From: Gemmatimonadales bacterium
Lineage (GTDB): Bacteria > Gemmatimonadota > Gemmatimonadetes > Gemmatimonadales > GWC2-71-9
NCBI GenBank assembly: GCA_039794085.1
Contig: JBDIWC010000007.1
Coordinates: 32,001 to 96,000, forward strand
Direction of reading: 5' to 3'
Length of the DNA stretch: 64,000 nt
Of this stretch, positions 20,186 to 29,199 are shown one piece after another. The notes below the pieces were generated by a model. The model saw only the letters and a program-made list of their open reading frames with translations. It had not been told where the DNA came from and searched no databases. The stretch's first letter is position 1; each line of letters starts with the position of its first letter. A program made the translations under genes and the position numbers.

Positions 20186-20201
20186 CGCAAGTCCCATGCC
20201 C
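20186..20201 (-). promoter_or_regulatory. Putative sigma54 -24/-12 promoter of the VTC operon
   Basis: Minus strand GGGCATGGGACTTGCG = GG-N10-GC with TTGC, 33 bp upstream of ATG 20153. Confidence 0.6.
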
Positions 20202-20210
20202 TCCGGGACC

Positions 20211-21632
20211 TCACACAGTCTGGGCTCCGCGCCCAGTGCGCACCAGGCGCAGTCCTCCCCCCGGAGCCAGCGCGAGCAGGTAGACCAGTGCTCCCGTGGG
20301 CACGCCGATCCACAGCGGAAGAGGAACCGCCCAGAGGACGAGGGCCATGACCCCGGCGGCGAGTGCGGCGTGCCATCCCGCCGACACAATCCGGGCCTCG
20401 TACCCTTCACGGTGGGCGCTCCGCAGCACCAGGGCTGTCCGCACCAGTTCGGTTCCGAGGGTGGCACCGGCCGCCCCGAGGAGTCCCCACCGGGGGATGA
20501 GGAGGACATTGAGGACAAGGTTGACCGCGACGCCCCGAACCGAGGCCGCAAGCACCAGCGGATGGCGGTCTGAGGCGACCAGCCCCGCCTGTCCCACGTT
20601 GCGGAGGAGGGAGATCGGCAGGGAGAGGAGCAGCAGACCGAGGGCGGGGCCGCCACGCAGATACTCGGGCCCGTACAGAGTCTGCAGGAGGGACCCGGTC
20701 ACCAGCACGCCCCCCACCGCCACGGGAATCCCGAGCGCCAGCACCTGCCGTACTCCGAGTTGGAAAGCGCTCCGATCCACTCGTCCCTCCCCGTGAGATC
20801 GGGCCAGGGTGGGGAGAAGGCTGTGATAGTACGTGACCCCGATGTTCAGGAAGAAACTGACCGGGGCGTAGACCGCCACATACACGCCCACCGCCGCCGT
20901 CCCGTGAAAGCCCCTCAGGAAGAGCACATCGGCGTTGAACATGACGAGACCGAGCAGGGCATGGAGGGCCAGGGGACGTGCCGACCGGAGAACGGGGAGG
21001 GCCCGGTTCCACCATCCTCGCCAGCGGATCGGACCGATCACACCGGCGAGCCCGATGCCGAGCGAGGCGGCCCCCGCACCCTCCGCCGCCAGCTGAAGCA
21101 AGGGCACCCGGGTCAGATCGGCGCCTCGGCGCACCAGCAGCAACACCAGGAGGAGAAAGAGGCCGTCCGCGAGGATCCGGGCCCCGGCGGCGCTCCGGGC
21201 CCGCCCCAGCCCCAGGCAGGCCCAGCGCAGGTTCAGAGCCAGGGGAATCAGGGTCAGGGAGATCAGGGCCAGGATGGTCCCATCGGGGGCCGGCAGGAGG
21301 AGAATTCCTCCGAGCGATGTCACACCAATCAGGGCGAGAGCCAGCACCACCCGGGCGATGATCAGGGCGGGAGCGGTGTGTTGGAGGAAGGTCGGGTCCA
21401 GCGCCACTCGTCGCACGCCGACCGAATCGAGTCCGCCTTCGACCAGCACCACGAGATAGAGACGGACCGTGAGGGCGAAACCGATGACGCCGAACCCTTC
21501 GGCGCCGAGGGTCCGGGCCAGCACGATGGTGGCGACAAATCCGAGAATCCGTGCCGCCACTTCCCCCGAGGCGAGCACGGAAAAAAGCCGCCCCGGGGAG
21601 GGTCCTGGGGCGGAGGCACTCGGAGAGGTCAG
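20211..21632 (-). CDS. Wzx-type oligosaccharide flippase (start uncertain)
   Basis: LARTLGAEGFG, DVLFL..AVGVY, NLVLNVLLIPRWGLLGAA; an in-frame CTG overlaps the upstream TGA. Confidence 0.85.
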   Translation of the reverse strand: MTSPSASAPGPSPGRLFSVLASGEVAARILGFVATIVLARTLGAEGFGVIGFALTVRLYLVVLVEGGLDSVGVRRVALDPTFLQHTAPALIIARVVLALALIGVTSLGGILLLPAPDGTILALISLTLIPLALNLRWACLGLGRARSAAGARILADGLFLLLVLLLVRRGADLTRVPLLQLAAEGAGAASLGIGLAGVIGPIRWRGWWNRALPVLRSARPLALHALLGLVMFNADVLFLRGFHGTAAVGVYVAVYAPVSFFLNIGVTYYHSLLPTLARSHGEGRVDRSAFQLGVRQVLALGIPVAVGGVLVTGSLLQTLYGPEYLRGGPALGLLLLSLPISLLRNVGQAGLVASDRHPLVLAASVRGVAVNLVLNVLLIPRWGLLGAAGATLGTELVRTALVLRSAHREGYEARIVSAGWHAALAAGVMALVLWAVPLPLWIGVPTGALVYLLALAPGGGLRLVRTGRGAQTV

Positions 21633-21925
21633 AGCCGGTACTCGGTCAGCTTGTTGTAGACCGTCCCGATGACTCGGCCGAAGCCGTACCCCACCACGAA
21701 TCCGTACACCGCTCCGATGAGGCTCCCGGGAAAGGACACCGAATACCCGGGGAAGAAGACGGCCAGAAGCTGGAGATGCTGCCCGGCATCGGGCCCCCCG
21801 CTCCAGACCAGAAAATTGGTCGCCAGGAAGAGGACACCCGCGCACACCAACCCGAAGGCGACACCCCAGGCCCGCCCGTTGAGCCGTTGAATGACCGCGG
21901 CCACTTCGGCTTGTTCCGTCGTCAT
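21629..21925 (-). CDS. Small 2-TM hypothetical membrane protein
   Basis: HLQLLAVFFPGYSVSFPGSLIG; paralog of the adjacent gene. Confidence 0.75.
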   Translation of the reverse strand: MTTEQAEVAAVIQRLNGRAWGVAFGLVCAGVLFLATNFLVWSGGPDAGQHLQLLAVFFPGYSVSFPGSLIGAVYGFVVGYGFGRVIGTVYNKLTEYRL

Positions 21926-21964
21926 GAGGTCCCCCCCTGCGGGCGCCGGATCACAAGGCCCGGC

Positions 21965-22354
21965 TCAGATGTGGTCAAGAAAATCACGAGTCCGGGCCAG
22001 CTCGGCTCGGGTCCGAATGAGGAACACCTGGGTGGCGATCACGACGTTCCGGATGAAGGCCAGGAACCATCCCGCCACGGCCCCGACCACGAATCCCCAC
22101 CCGAATCCGATGAGCGCTCCGGTCCAGGAGACGGAGTAGCCGGCAAAGTAGGCCCCGAGCAGGTCGAGGGAGAACGTCGGGTCCGTGGGCACTCCGCCCC
22201 CCTCCACGAGGAGATCGATCACGGTCAGAAGGAGAATAAGGGCACCCGTGGCCGCGCCGACGGCGATGCCGAACCGGCGCTTGTGCAGGGGAGCGAAGGC
22301 GAAGGCGATCGCCTCCAGCGCGGGGGCGTCCGAAGCGGGGCGGGCTGGTGTCAT
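21965..22354 (-). CDS. Small 2-TM hypothetical membrane protein
   Basis: SLDLLGAYFAGYSVSWTGALIG; GAGGAG RBS. Confidence 0.75.
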   Translation of the reverse strand: MTPARPASDAPALEAIAFAFAPLHKRRFGIAVGAATGALILLLTVIDLLVEGGGVPTDPTFSLDLLGAYFAGYSVSWTGALIGFGWGFVVGAVAGWFLAFIRNVVIATQVFLIRTRAELARTRDFLDHI

Positions 22355-22406
22355 GGGTCACTCCTCACGGCCGGTGGCCCAAATATGGGAGATTGTCCCG
22401 GCGTCA

Positions 22407-23546
22407 TCAACCGGACCCTCCCACGACGCCCGGACGCGACCGCCGCCGCGGCACCTGGCGCTTCGGGACCGGTGGCCAATGCTGGAGCCCCACCTCCGCA
22501 TAGGCTTGCACCCGGGCCGAGGGCTGGGGGTCACCCACCACGTGGTGGAGCATCCATCCGAAGATGGCGGAACACGCGTTCAGGGCGTAGTACAGGAAGT
22601 TGAGCGGCACCACCCGCACCGCGAACCAGAGCCCGCGTTCGCGGAAAAAGAACCGGTAGAGCGACCGGTTGAGAAACAGCATGACGGCGACGATCCCGGT
22701 GGACACCACTCCGTACCAGGAATGACCGGTGACGACCCACCCGAGGAGAAGCAGGATCAGGAAGCCCACCAGGGCGGTCTTCACCTTCTCCACCGGGCGC
22801 AGGTTGAGCGACTGGACTGTGCCGGAGCCTCCGCGGCGGATCAGGAGCCGGGTCCAGGGGACGCCGCGATCGTTGAGGTCGGAGGTCACGACATCCCGCA
22901 GGCGCCACCGTTTCAGATGGGTCCCCTGGATCTCGGGACGCAGCAGGATGATGGCCCCGAGATCCCGCAGCCGGTTGCCGAGCTCGATGTCCTCGATCTG
23001 GGGGCGGGAGAACTGCCACTCATCGTACATCCCCGCGGCGCGGAACGCCTCGGTCCGGACGGCGCCGCACCCGGCCCAGAAGGTTTCGGCCTCGCCCCGG
23101 TCCCGGGCATGGAAGTGGTGATGGAGAAGGTTCCGGTACTGGGACACGAATCCCGGCGCCCGCGGGGTGGTGTCGTAGGATCCGAAGATGGCGCTGGCTC
23201 CGGGCGACTCCGCGAAGGCCCAGGCGAAGCGACGCAACGCATCCGCATGCACGCACACATCCGCATCAACGAACACGAGGATCTCCCCTCGCGCCACCTC
23301 GGACCCGCGATTGCGGGCATAGGAAGGCCCGTGGGGATCTCCGGGAAGCCGCACGATCACATCGGCATGGGTCGCGGCAATCTCCACCGTCCGATCGGTG
23401 CTCCCGTCGTCCACGACGATCAGTTCCCAGAGGTCCCGGGGGAGATCGCTTCCCCCGAGCGCGGCCAGGCACTCCGGCAACACACGCTCCCCCTGGTACA
23501 CCGGGACGATGACGGACAGGATCGGTGCCTCCCGCGGGGACCGCAC
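22407..23546 (-). CDS. GT2 glycosyltransferase with C-terminal TMs
   Basis: SVIVPVY, VVDDGSTD, ARNRG, FVDAD, IEDIELG. Confidence 0.9.
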   Translation of the reverse strand: MRSPREAPILSVIVPVYQGERVLPECLAALGGSDLPRDLWELIVVDDGSTDRTVEIAATHADVIVRLPGDPHGPSYARNRGSEVARGEILVFVDADVCVHADALRRFAWAFAESPGASAIFGSYDTTPRAPGFVSQYRNLLHHHFHARDRGEAETFWAGCGAVRTEAFRAAGMYDEWQFSRPQIEDIELGNRLRDLGAIILLRPEIQGTHLKRWRLRDVVTSDLNDRGVPWTRLLIRRGGSGTVQSLNLRPVEKVKTALVGFLILLLLGWVVTGHSWYGVVSTGIVAVMLFLNRSLYRFFFRERGLWFAVRVVPLNFLYYALNACSAIFGWMLHHVVGDPQPSARVQAYAEVGLQHWPPVPKRQVPRRRSRPGVVGGSG

Positions 23547-24293
23547 TCAGCCCGCTCCCCCCCCGCTCACCGCGCGCCGTACATCGCGCAGGGCGGCGCG
23601 CCAGCGGAGACGCAGGTGAAACTCCGTCCCCCCCCACCCATGCAGGGCTCCGATGTCCCGGACATACCACATGTCGAGCCGCGGCAGGCACAGCGCATCG
23701 GTCCCGTCCCGCAGGGCGGCGTACCGGGTGGTGCACCCCACCCGGTGGACCCGGGCCGCGACGGCAGTCACCGTTTTGTTGACCTCCCCGTACGGGTAGG
23801 CGAAGGCAGTCGGACGCTGGCCGGTCCGGTGCTCCAGCTCGTCGGCCGCCCCGCGGATTTCCTCCTCCAGTTGCTCGCCGTCACACGCCGTGAGGTCGGG
23901 ATGGGTCCGCGAATGGGACCCCAGGGTGACCCCCCGGGAGGCCAGGTCCGACAAAGAGTCCCAGTCGGCCAGGGGAAGCGTCGGGATGCCGCGCACCGCG
24001 CGCCCCCCCCATTCATTGGTGCGTCCCACCGCTCCGCTGACCACGAAGGCGGTGACCGGCAGCCCGTGCTCCAGGAGCAGGGGAGCGGCGAGAGTGGCGA
24101 AGTTCTGAAAGGCGTCGTCGAAGGTGAGGGACACGGCGTCGGTGTCATCGGGCAGAGCCAGCAGCTCCTCCAGGGACACGACCTTCACCCGGCCCGACGC
24201 CAGCCACGCCACGTGCTCCCGGAACACCTCCTCCGAGACCGAAATCGGCGAACCGGATCCGTCGATCGAGTGCCAGGTCAGAATGGCGCGCAC
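23547..24293 (-). CDS. Polysaccharide deacetylase (CE4/NodB)
   Basis: LTWHSI, LTFDDA, GSHSRTHPDL, FAYPYG, LPRL. Confidence 0.9.
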   Translation of the reverse strand: MRAILTWHSIDGSGSPISVSEEVFREHVAWLASGRVKVVSLEELLALPDDTDAVSLTFDDAFQNFATLAAPLLLEHGLPVTAFVVSGAVGRTNEWGGRAVRGIPTLPLADWDSLSDLASRGVTLGSHSRTHPDLTACDGEQLEEEIRGAADELEHRTGQRPTAFAYPYGEVNKTVTAVAARVHRVGCTTRYAALRDGTDALCLPRLDMWYVRDIGALHGWGGTEFHLRLRWRAALRDVRRAVSGGGAG

Positions 24294-24296
24294 CGG

Positions 24297-25280
24297 TTAC
24301 CTGCCGGCTCCGGTGACGTGGAGGGTCCGCTGATCGGCCACGACATCCGCGATGATCTGCTCCAGGGAGGTCCGGGGACGGTATCCCACCACCCGTTCCA
24401 GCTTTCTCACATCGGGCACCCGTCGCTGCATGTCCTCGAAGCCGGCCGCGTACGCCTCCGCATAGGGGATGAGGCGGATCTCGGACCGGCTCTCCGCCGC
24501 GGCCCTCACCATCTCCGCCAGCTGGAGCATCGTGACCTCGCGGTCCGACCCCACGTTGAAGACCTCGCCGACCGCTCCGGGCGTTCCGATGAGCCGCAGC
24601 GTTGCCTCCACCGCATCCTGCACATGGCCAAAGCAGCGCGACTGGGTCCCGTCTCCATAGACCGTGATCGGCTCGCCCCGAACCGCCTGGGCGGCGAAGG
24701 TCGGAAGCACCATGCCATAGCGTCCGGTCTGCCGGGGTCCCACCGTGTTGAAGAAACGGGTGACAATCACCGGAACCTGTTTCTCGCGCCAATAGGCGAG
24801 CGCCAGCCACTCATCGAGCGCCTTGGAGCAGGCATAGGCCCACCGGGAGTGGGTGGTGGGGCCGAGGGTCAGGTCGTCCTCCTCGCGGAAGGGAATCCGC
24901 AGACCCTTCCCGTACACCTCCGACGTCGAGGCGACCACCACGAGCTTCCCCTTCTTGGCCGCGGCACCCAACACCACCTCGGTGGCGCGCACGTTGGTCT
25001 CGATGGTGTGCACCGGACGCTCGACGATGAGGCGCACCCCCACGGCCGCCGCGAGGTGGACCGTGACATCGCACCGGTCCACCAGTTCCGCCACCAACGG
25101 AACGTCCGTGGCCGACCCGATCCGATACTCGAATCCCGGGCGCCCGACACAGCCGGCGATATTGTCCATGCTCCCCGTCGAGAGATCGTCGAGAACGAGA
25201 ACCTGGTCCCCGCGGGCCAGCAACCGCTCCGCGAGATGACTTCCGATGAATCCGGCTCCGCCGGTCACGCACACCTTCAT
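24297..25280 (-). CDS. NAD-dependent nucleotide-sugar epimerase/dehydratase (extended SDR)
   Basis: TGGAGFIGSH, STSEVYG, YACSK, RFFNTVGPRQ. Confidence 0.92.
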   Translation of the reverse strand: MKVCVTGGAGFIGSHLAERLLARGDQVLVLDDLSTGSMDNIAGCVGRPGFEYRIGSATDVPLVAELVDRCDVTVHLAAAVGVRLIVERPVHTIETNVRATEVVLGAAAKKGKLVVVASTSEVYGKGLRIPFREEDDLTLGPTTHSRWAYACSKALDEWLALAYWREKQVPVIVTRFFNTVGPRQTGRYGMVLPTFAAQAVRGEPITVYGDGTQSRCFGHVQDAVEATLRLIGTPGAVGEVFNVGSDREVTMLQLAEMVRAAAESRSEIRLIPYAEAYAAGFEDMQRRVPDVRKLERVVGYRPRTSLEQIIADVVADQRTLHVTGAGR

Positions 25281-26524
25281 CCAGCCTCCTGACGGCGCGC
25301 CCGCCGGGCCGCGGCGCGCGCCACAATGTCGAGATACTGCGGAATCACGGCGGCCTCCGACCAGTGGGTCAGGAAGGCCTCCCGCGCAGAAACGGCCCGC
25401 CGTTCCCGGTGCCCGGGATCGGCCTGGAGCCGGTGCAGAGCGGCGCGAAGCTCCTCCGGCGTGTCGAACAACTCTCCCCCCCCGGCTCGCTCCACGATCT
25501 CCGGAAAGGGGCCGAACCGGCGCGCCACCACGGGGACCCCCTGCCGGAACGCCTCGATCAGGATGATCCCGAAGGTTTCATAACAGACCGAGGGCACAAT
25601 CAGTGCCACCGCGTGACGATAGATGCGGGAGAGCGTCTCGGGGTCGACCCGTCCCAGGAACCGGACCTGGGGCATCCCCTCCGCCAGCTGGCGGAGGTCG
25701 GGGGCGTACTCGCCGTCTCCCGCGACCAGCAGGTCGGCATCGGGGTAGTCCCGGAAGAGGGGGATGACGTCCTGAAGCCCCTTGATCCGCTCCAGTCGGC
25801 CCACAAAGAGGAAATACGGGCGGTGATGCACAGCGGGGGACCGGTCCCCCGAGTCCGGTTCCCCTCCCTCATCAGGGAGGAAATACGGCAAGACCTCCAT
25901 CGGACGGGGAAAGCCGAATTCGGCGTGCTTCCGCCGGCTGAACTCGCTCATGGCGATGAAGGTGTCCACCTGATCCAACGCCCGCTCGAGAGTGCCGAGG
26001 CGTCGCCACCACTGCGGGGGTCTCCGATAGCTCAGTTGACAGCGAATGCAGGCACGCTCGGGACACGGCTCCCGCCCGAATCGCCACAGCACGTGCGTGG
26101 GGCAGACGAGCCAATGTTCGTGCGCCATGTACAGCTTGACCCCTCGGCCGTACCGGAAGAGCCCGGGCCCTCCCACCAGGGAGACATTGTGATAGTTGAT
26201 CACGTCGAAACGGCCCTGGTCGAGAATCCGGCGGATGCGGGCCCCGGTCAGCACCGGGCGGCCGAATTGCTGGGTGAGCAGCGGGGAGAGGGTGCCGAAA
26301 CCGCTCCGCAGCGGGATCACGTCGAGTCCCGGGGTCGGTCCCGGGCTCTCCGGGAGGGGGCCTGGATGGAGGGCCGCGAAGGCATCGACGTCGTGGATCA
26401 CGGTCACATGATGGCCGGCGCGGACCAGCCCTAAGGCCAGTCGCTCGACTCCGATCGCGTCCCCCCCGAAGTGGTAGGGGGGATAGAAGGTGGTCAGGAA
26501 GGCGAAGCGAAGAGACTCGGTCAT
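25277..26524 (-). CDS. GT4 glycosyltransferase
   Basis: TTFYPP..GG, FVGRLERIKG, ETFGIILIEA; ATG at 26524 overlaps the upstream TGA; forms the C-terminal part of the 1319-aa ORF. Confidence 0.88.
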   Translation of the reverse strand: MTESLRFAFLTTFYPPYHFGGDAIGVERLALGLVRAGHHVTVIHDVDAFAALHPGPLPESPGPTPGLDVIPLRSGFGTLSPLLTQQFGRPVLTGARIRRILDQGRFDVINYHNVSLVGGPGLFRYGRGVKLYMAHEHWLVCPTHVLWRFGREPCPERACIRCQLSYRRPPQWWRRLGTLERALDQVDTFIAMSEFSRRKHAEFGFPRPMEVLPYFLPDEGGEPDSGDRSPAVHHRPYFLFVGRLERIKGLQDVIPLFRDYPDADLLVAGDGEYAPDLRQLAEGMPQVRFLGRVDPETLSRIYRHAVALIVPSVCYETFGIILIEAFRQGVPVVARRFGPFPEIVERAGGGELFDTPEELRAALHRLQADPGHRERRAVSAREAFLTHWSEAAVIPQYLDIVARAAARRARRQEAG

Positions 26525-27687
26525 GCCCGCGCCGCTTCCCGGATCGCCCCGAGGGTGGCAGCCGCCGTCCGGTCCCACGAGAGGGCTCGCGCCCGGATCA
26601 ACGCCACGCTCGCCAGGGCCTCTCTTTCCTCCGGGTGGTCCACCAGCGTTCGGATCGCCTCGGTAAGGGCGGTTCGGTCCCCCGGGCGGACCCAGATTCC
26701 CCCACCGTCCAGGAGTTGGGGGAGCGGGCTCTCCGTGGTGGCCACAACAGGGGTGGCGCAGGCGGCGGCCTCGACGGCCGGGAGGCCAAACCCTTCCGCC
26801 TCGGAGGGGAGGATGCACGCCACAGCACCGGTGTAGAGGTGACGCAACTCTTCGTCGGGCACGAACCCGGTCCAATGAACCAGCGGACCGGTCCCGAGGG
26901 TCACGATCGACCGGAGGAGAGACTCCCGGTGCTCGTGGAACACGTCGCTCCCGACCGAGCCGACCAACAGCAGGTGCACGGGTGTGGCCCTCGTCACTGC
27001 GGCGTGGGCCTCGAGGAGGACATCGAGTCGCTTGTGGGGATTGAACCCTCCGACATAGATGATCCAGGGAGTTCCGGCCGGCACCCCTGCTGCCGCACCC
27101 GCCCGGCGGACCTCCTCGGCGGGCGAGGGAGTGAAGACCGGGGCCGGGGCTTCCGGGGCCACTCGAAGGCGATCCCGGCGGACGCCGAGCACCCGGACCA
27201 GATCCTCCGCGGCGAAGTCGGAGACGGTCAGGACCCGGGTGGCCTGGGCGAGGGCGAGGCGCACCTTGAGGGTCCAGAAGAGGCGGGCCCGGCGCCCGGG
27301 GATGGTGAGTTCGGGAAACCGTTCCACGATGGCGTCGTGGATGGTGACCACGGAGGGAAGCCCGAGAGGGAGGGGAAACCAGGTGTAGACTGTCGGCGCG
27401 AAGAAGACATCGAGGCGGGCCCGGGCCACGGCCCGGTGCATCCGGAAAAGATCGCGGGGCGACCGGTAACCCTCCGCTGACGCGGCACGGGTCGGTGCGG
27501 CCTGCAGCGGGACCTCGCGCACCTGGACGCCCGGCAAACCGGGAAAGTCCCGCCGGGACTCGGCATCGAGGAAGCAGACGAACTCCTCTCCCGGGGCGGT
27601 CCGCACCAGGCCGGGGAGCACCTGACGAAGGAAACGTCCGTACCCCCGCCCGTTGGCCCAGGAGGTGGCGTCGATCCCGATCCGCAT
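26521..27687 (-). CDS. GT4 glycosyltransferase
   Basis: MRIGIDA..RGYGR, VTIHDA, GGFNPHK, EGFGLPAVEA. Confidence 0.9.
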   Translation of the reverse strand: MRIGIDATSWANGRGYGRFLRQVLPGLVRTAPGEEFVCFLDAESRRDFPGLPGVQVREVPLQAAPTRAASAEGYRSPRDLFRMHRAVARARLDVFFAPTVYTWFPLPLGLPSVVTIHDAIVERFPELTIPGRRARLFWTLKVRLALAQATRVLTVSDFAAEDLVRVLGVRRDRLRVAPEAPAPVFTPSPAEEVRRAGAAAGVPAGTPWIIYVGGFNPHKRLDVLLEAHAAVTRATPVHLLLVGSVGSDVFHEHRESLLRSIVTLGTGPLVHWTGFVPDEELRHLYTGAVACILPSEAEGFGLPAVEAAACATPVVATTESPLPQLLDGGGIWVRPGDRTALTEAIRTLVDHPEEREALASVALIRARALSWDRTAAATLGAIREAARA

Positions 27688-27693
27688 CGGGCG

Positions 27694-29188
27694 TCAGGGC
27701 GACGCGGGAACGAGGGGGGGGGGGGGCGGGCCGGTCGAGGCGCTGCTCCTCGTGATACTCGAAGTCGGTGTTGACCTCCCAGACGTCGTGGGCGGCGCCG
27801 AACATGTTCCAGACGGCCATCATCGCCGTGAGCATCGAGTGGTCCTGGTTGTTGTACTTGTGCATCCCGTTCCGGCCCACGGTGTGCAGGTTGGGAATCG
27901 GATCGATGAACCCGCGGATGGTGTCGAGATGTCCGCGATACGCGGCGTCATAAATCGGATAGGCCTTGGGCATGCGGATCACGGTGCCGTCTCTCACCCG
28001 GGAAGCGGTGGCGATGCCCAACGCATCGAGTTCCCGGGTGGCAAGCGCCACAAGGTCGGCATCGGAGGTGGTCCAGAGGCCGTCTCCCTCGAAGCAGAAG
28101 TACTCCATGCCGAGACAGGTCATCCCCGGTTCCGGAATCATGGCCCGGCTCCAGTTGTTGAAGTTCTGGATCCGCCCCACCTGGACTCCCGGGGTGTGGA
28201 TGTAGATCCAGTTGTCGGGGAAGAGATTGTCCCCTTCGAGCATGAGAGCCACCACCAGGAAGTCCCGGTAGCCGAGCCCCCGGGCCGCGGCCTGCACCGG
28301 GGCGGGCACGGCGGGCGCGAAGGAGTGTACCAGCTCCCGCACCGGCATGGTGGAAATCACATGGCGCGCCGGGAAGAGTTGTTCCCCGCCCTCCGCGTTC
28401 CGGGCCCGGACTCCCGTCACCCGTCCCTCCTCCAGTTCGAGGGCGGTGACCGGGTGCCGGAGGAGAACCGGGTTCCCCATCTCCACGATCCGGTCCCGGC
28501 AGGTCTCCCACATCTGCCCCGGACCGAGTCGGGGGTACTGGAACTCATGAATCAACGTCTTGATCGCCGTGCTACGCCGGTTGAGCGAGGTGGCAGAGAG
28601 GATCGCCCGGGCGAGCGAGAGCCCCTGGATCCGCTGGGCCGCCCACTCCGCCCGGATCTCGGTGCAGGGCATGCCCCAGACCTTCTCGGTGTAGGTCTTG
28701 AAGAAGATCTCGAAGAGCCGCTTCCCGAACCGATTGGTGACCCACTGTTCGAAGTTTTCCTCCACCGGGTGGGGACGCCAGTGCCAGCGGAGGTAGCTCA
28801 GCACCATCCGCACGGCCTCGATCACGCCGAGCCCTCGAAGCGCGTTGCCGGCCTTGAGGGGATAGTCGAAATACTTCCCATCGTAGAGAATCCGGGACAT
28901 GCGCGGCACGGAGATGAACTCGTCCCCCAGAATCTCGTTCCAGAGGTTGAGCACCGGAGTGATCTTGGTGAAGAAGCGATGCCCCCCGATATCGAAGCGG
29001 TATCCCTTGTATCGCGCGGTGCGGGAGATGCCTCCGACCATGTCGTCGGCCTCGAGCACGGTGACGGGATATCCGTCGCGGGACAGGAGATAGGCTGCGG
29101 TGAGCCCCGCAGGACCCGCACCGACCACCACGACCGGATCTCCCGGCCGGATCGGATCGACTTCCCGTGGATGCGTCGTGATTCCCAT
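27694..29188 (-). CDS. FAD-dependent oxidoreductase (HemY/Glf-like); natural stop displaced by a C13 tract
   Basis: VGAGPAGL, DIGGHRFF, FPDNWIY, AYPIY, GRNGMHKYNNQDHSM; with one fewer C it ends LVPASP-TGA at 27696-27694. Confidence 0.85.
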
Positions 29189-29199
29189 TCCTGTCCCCT

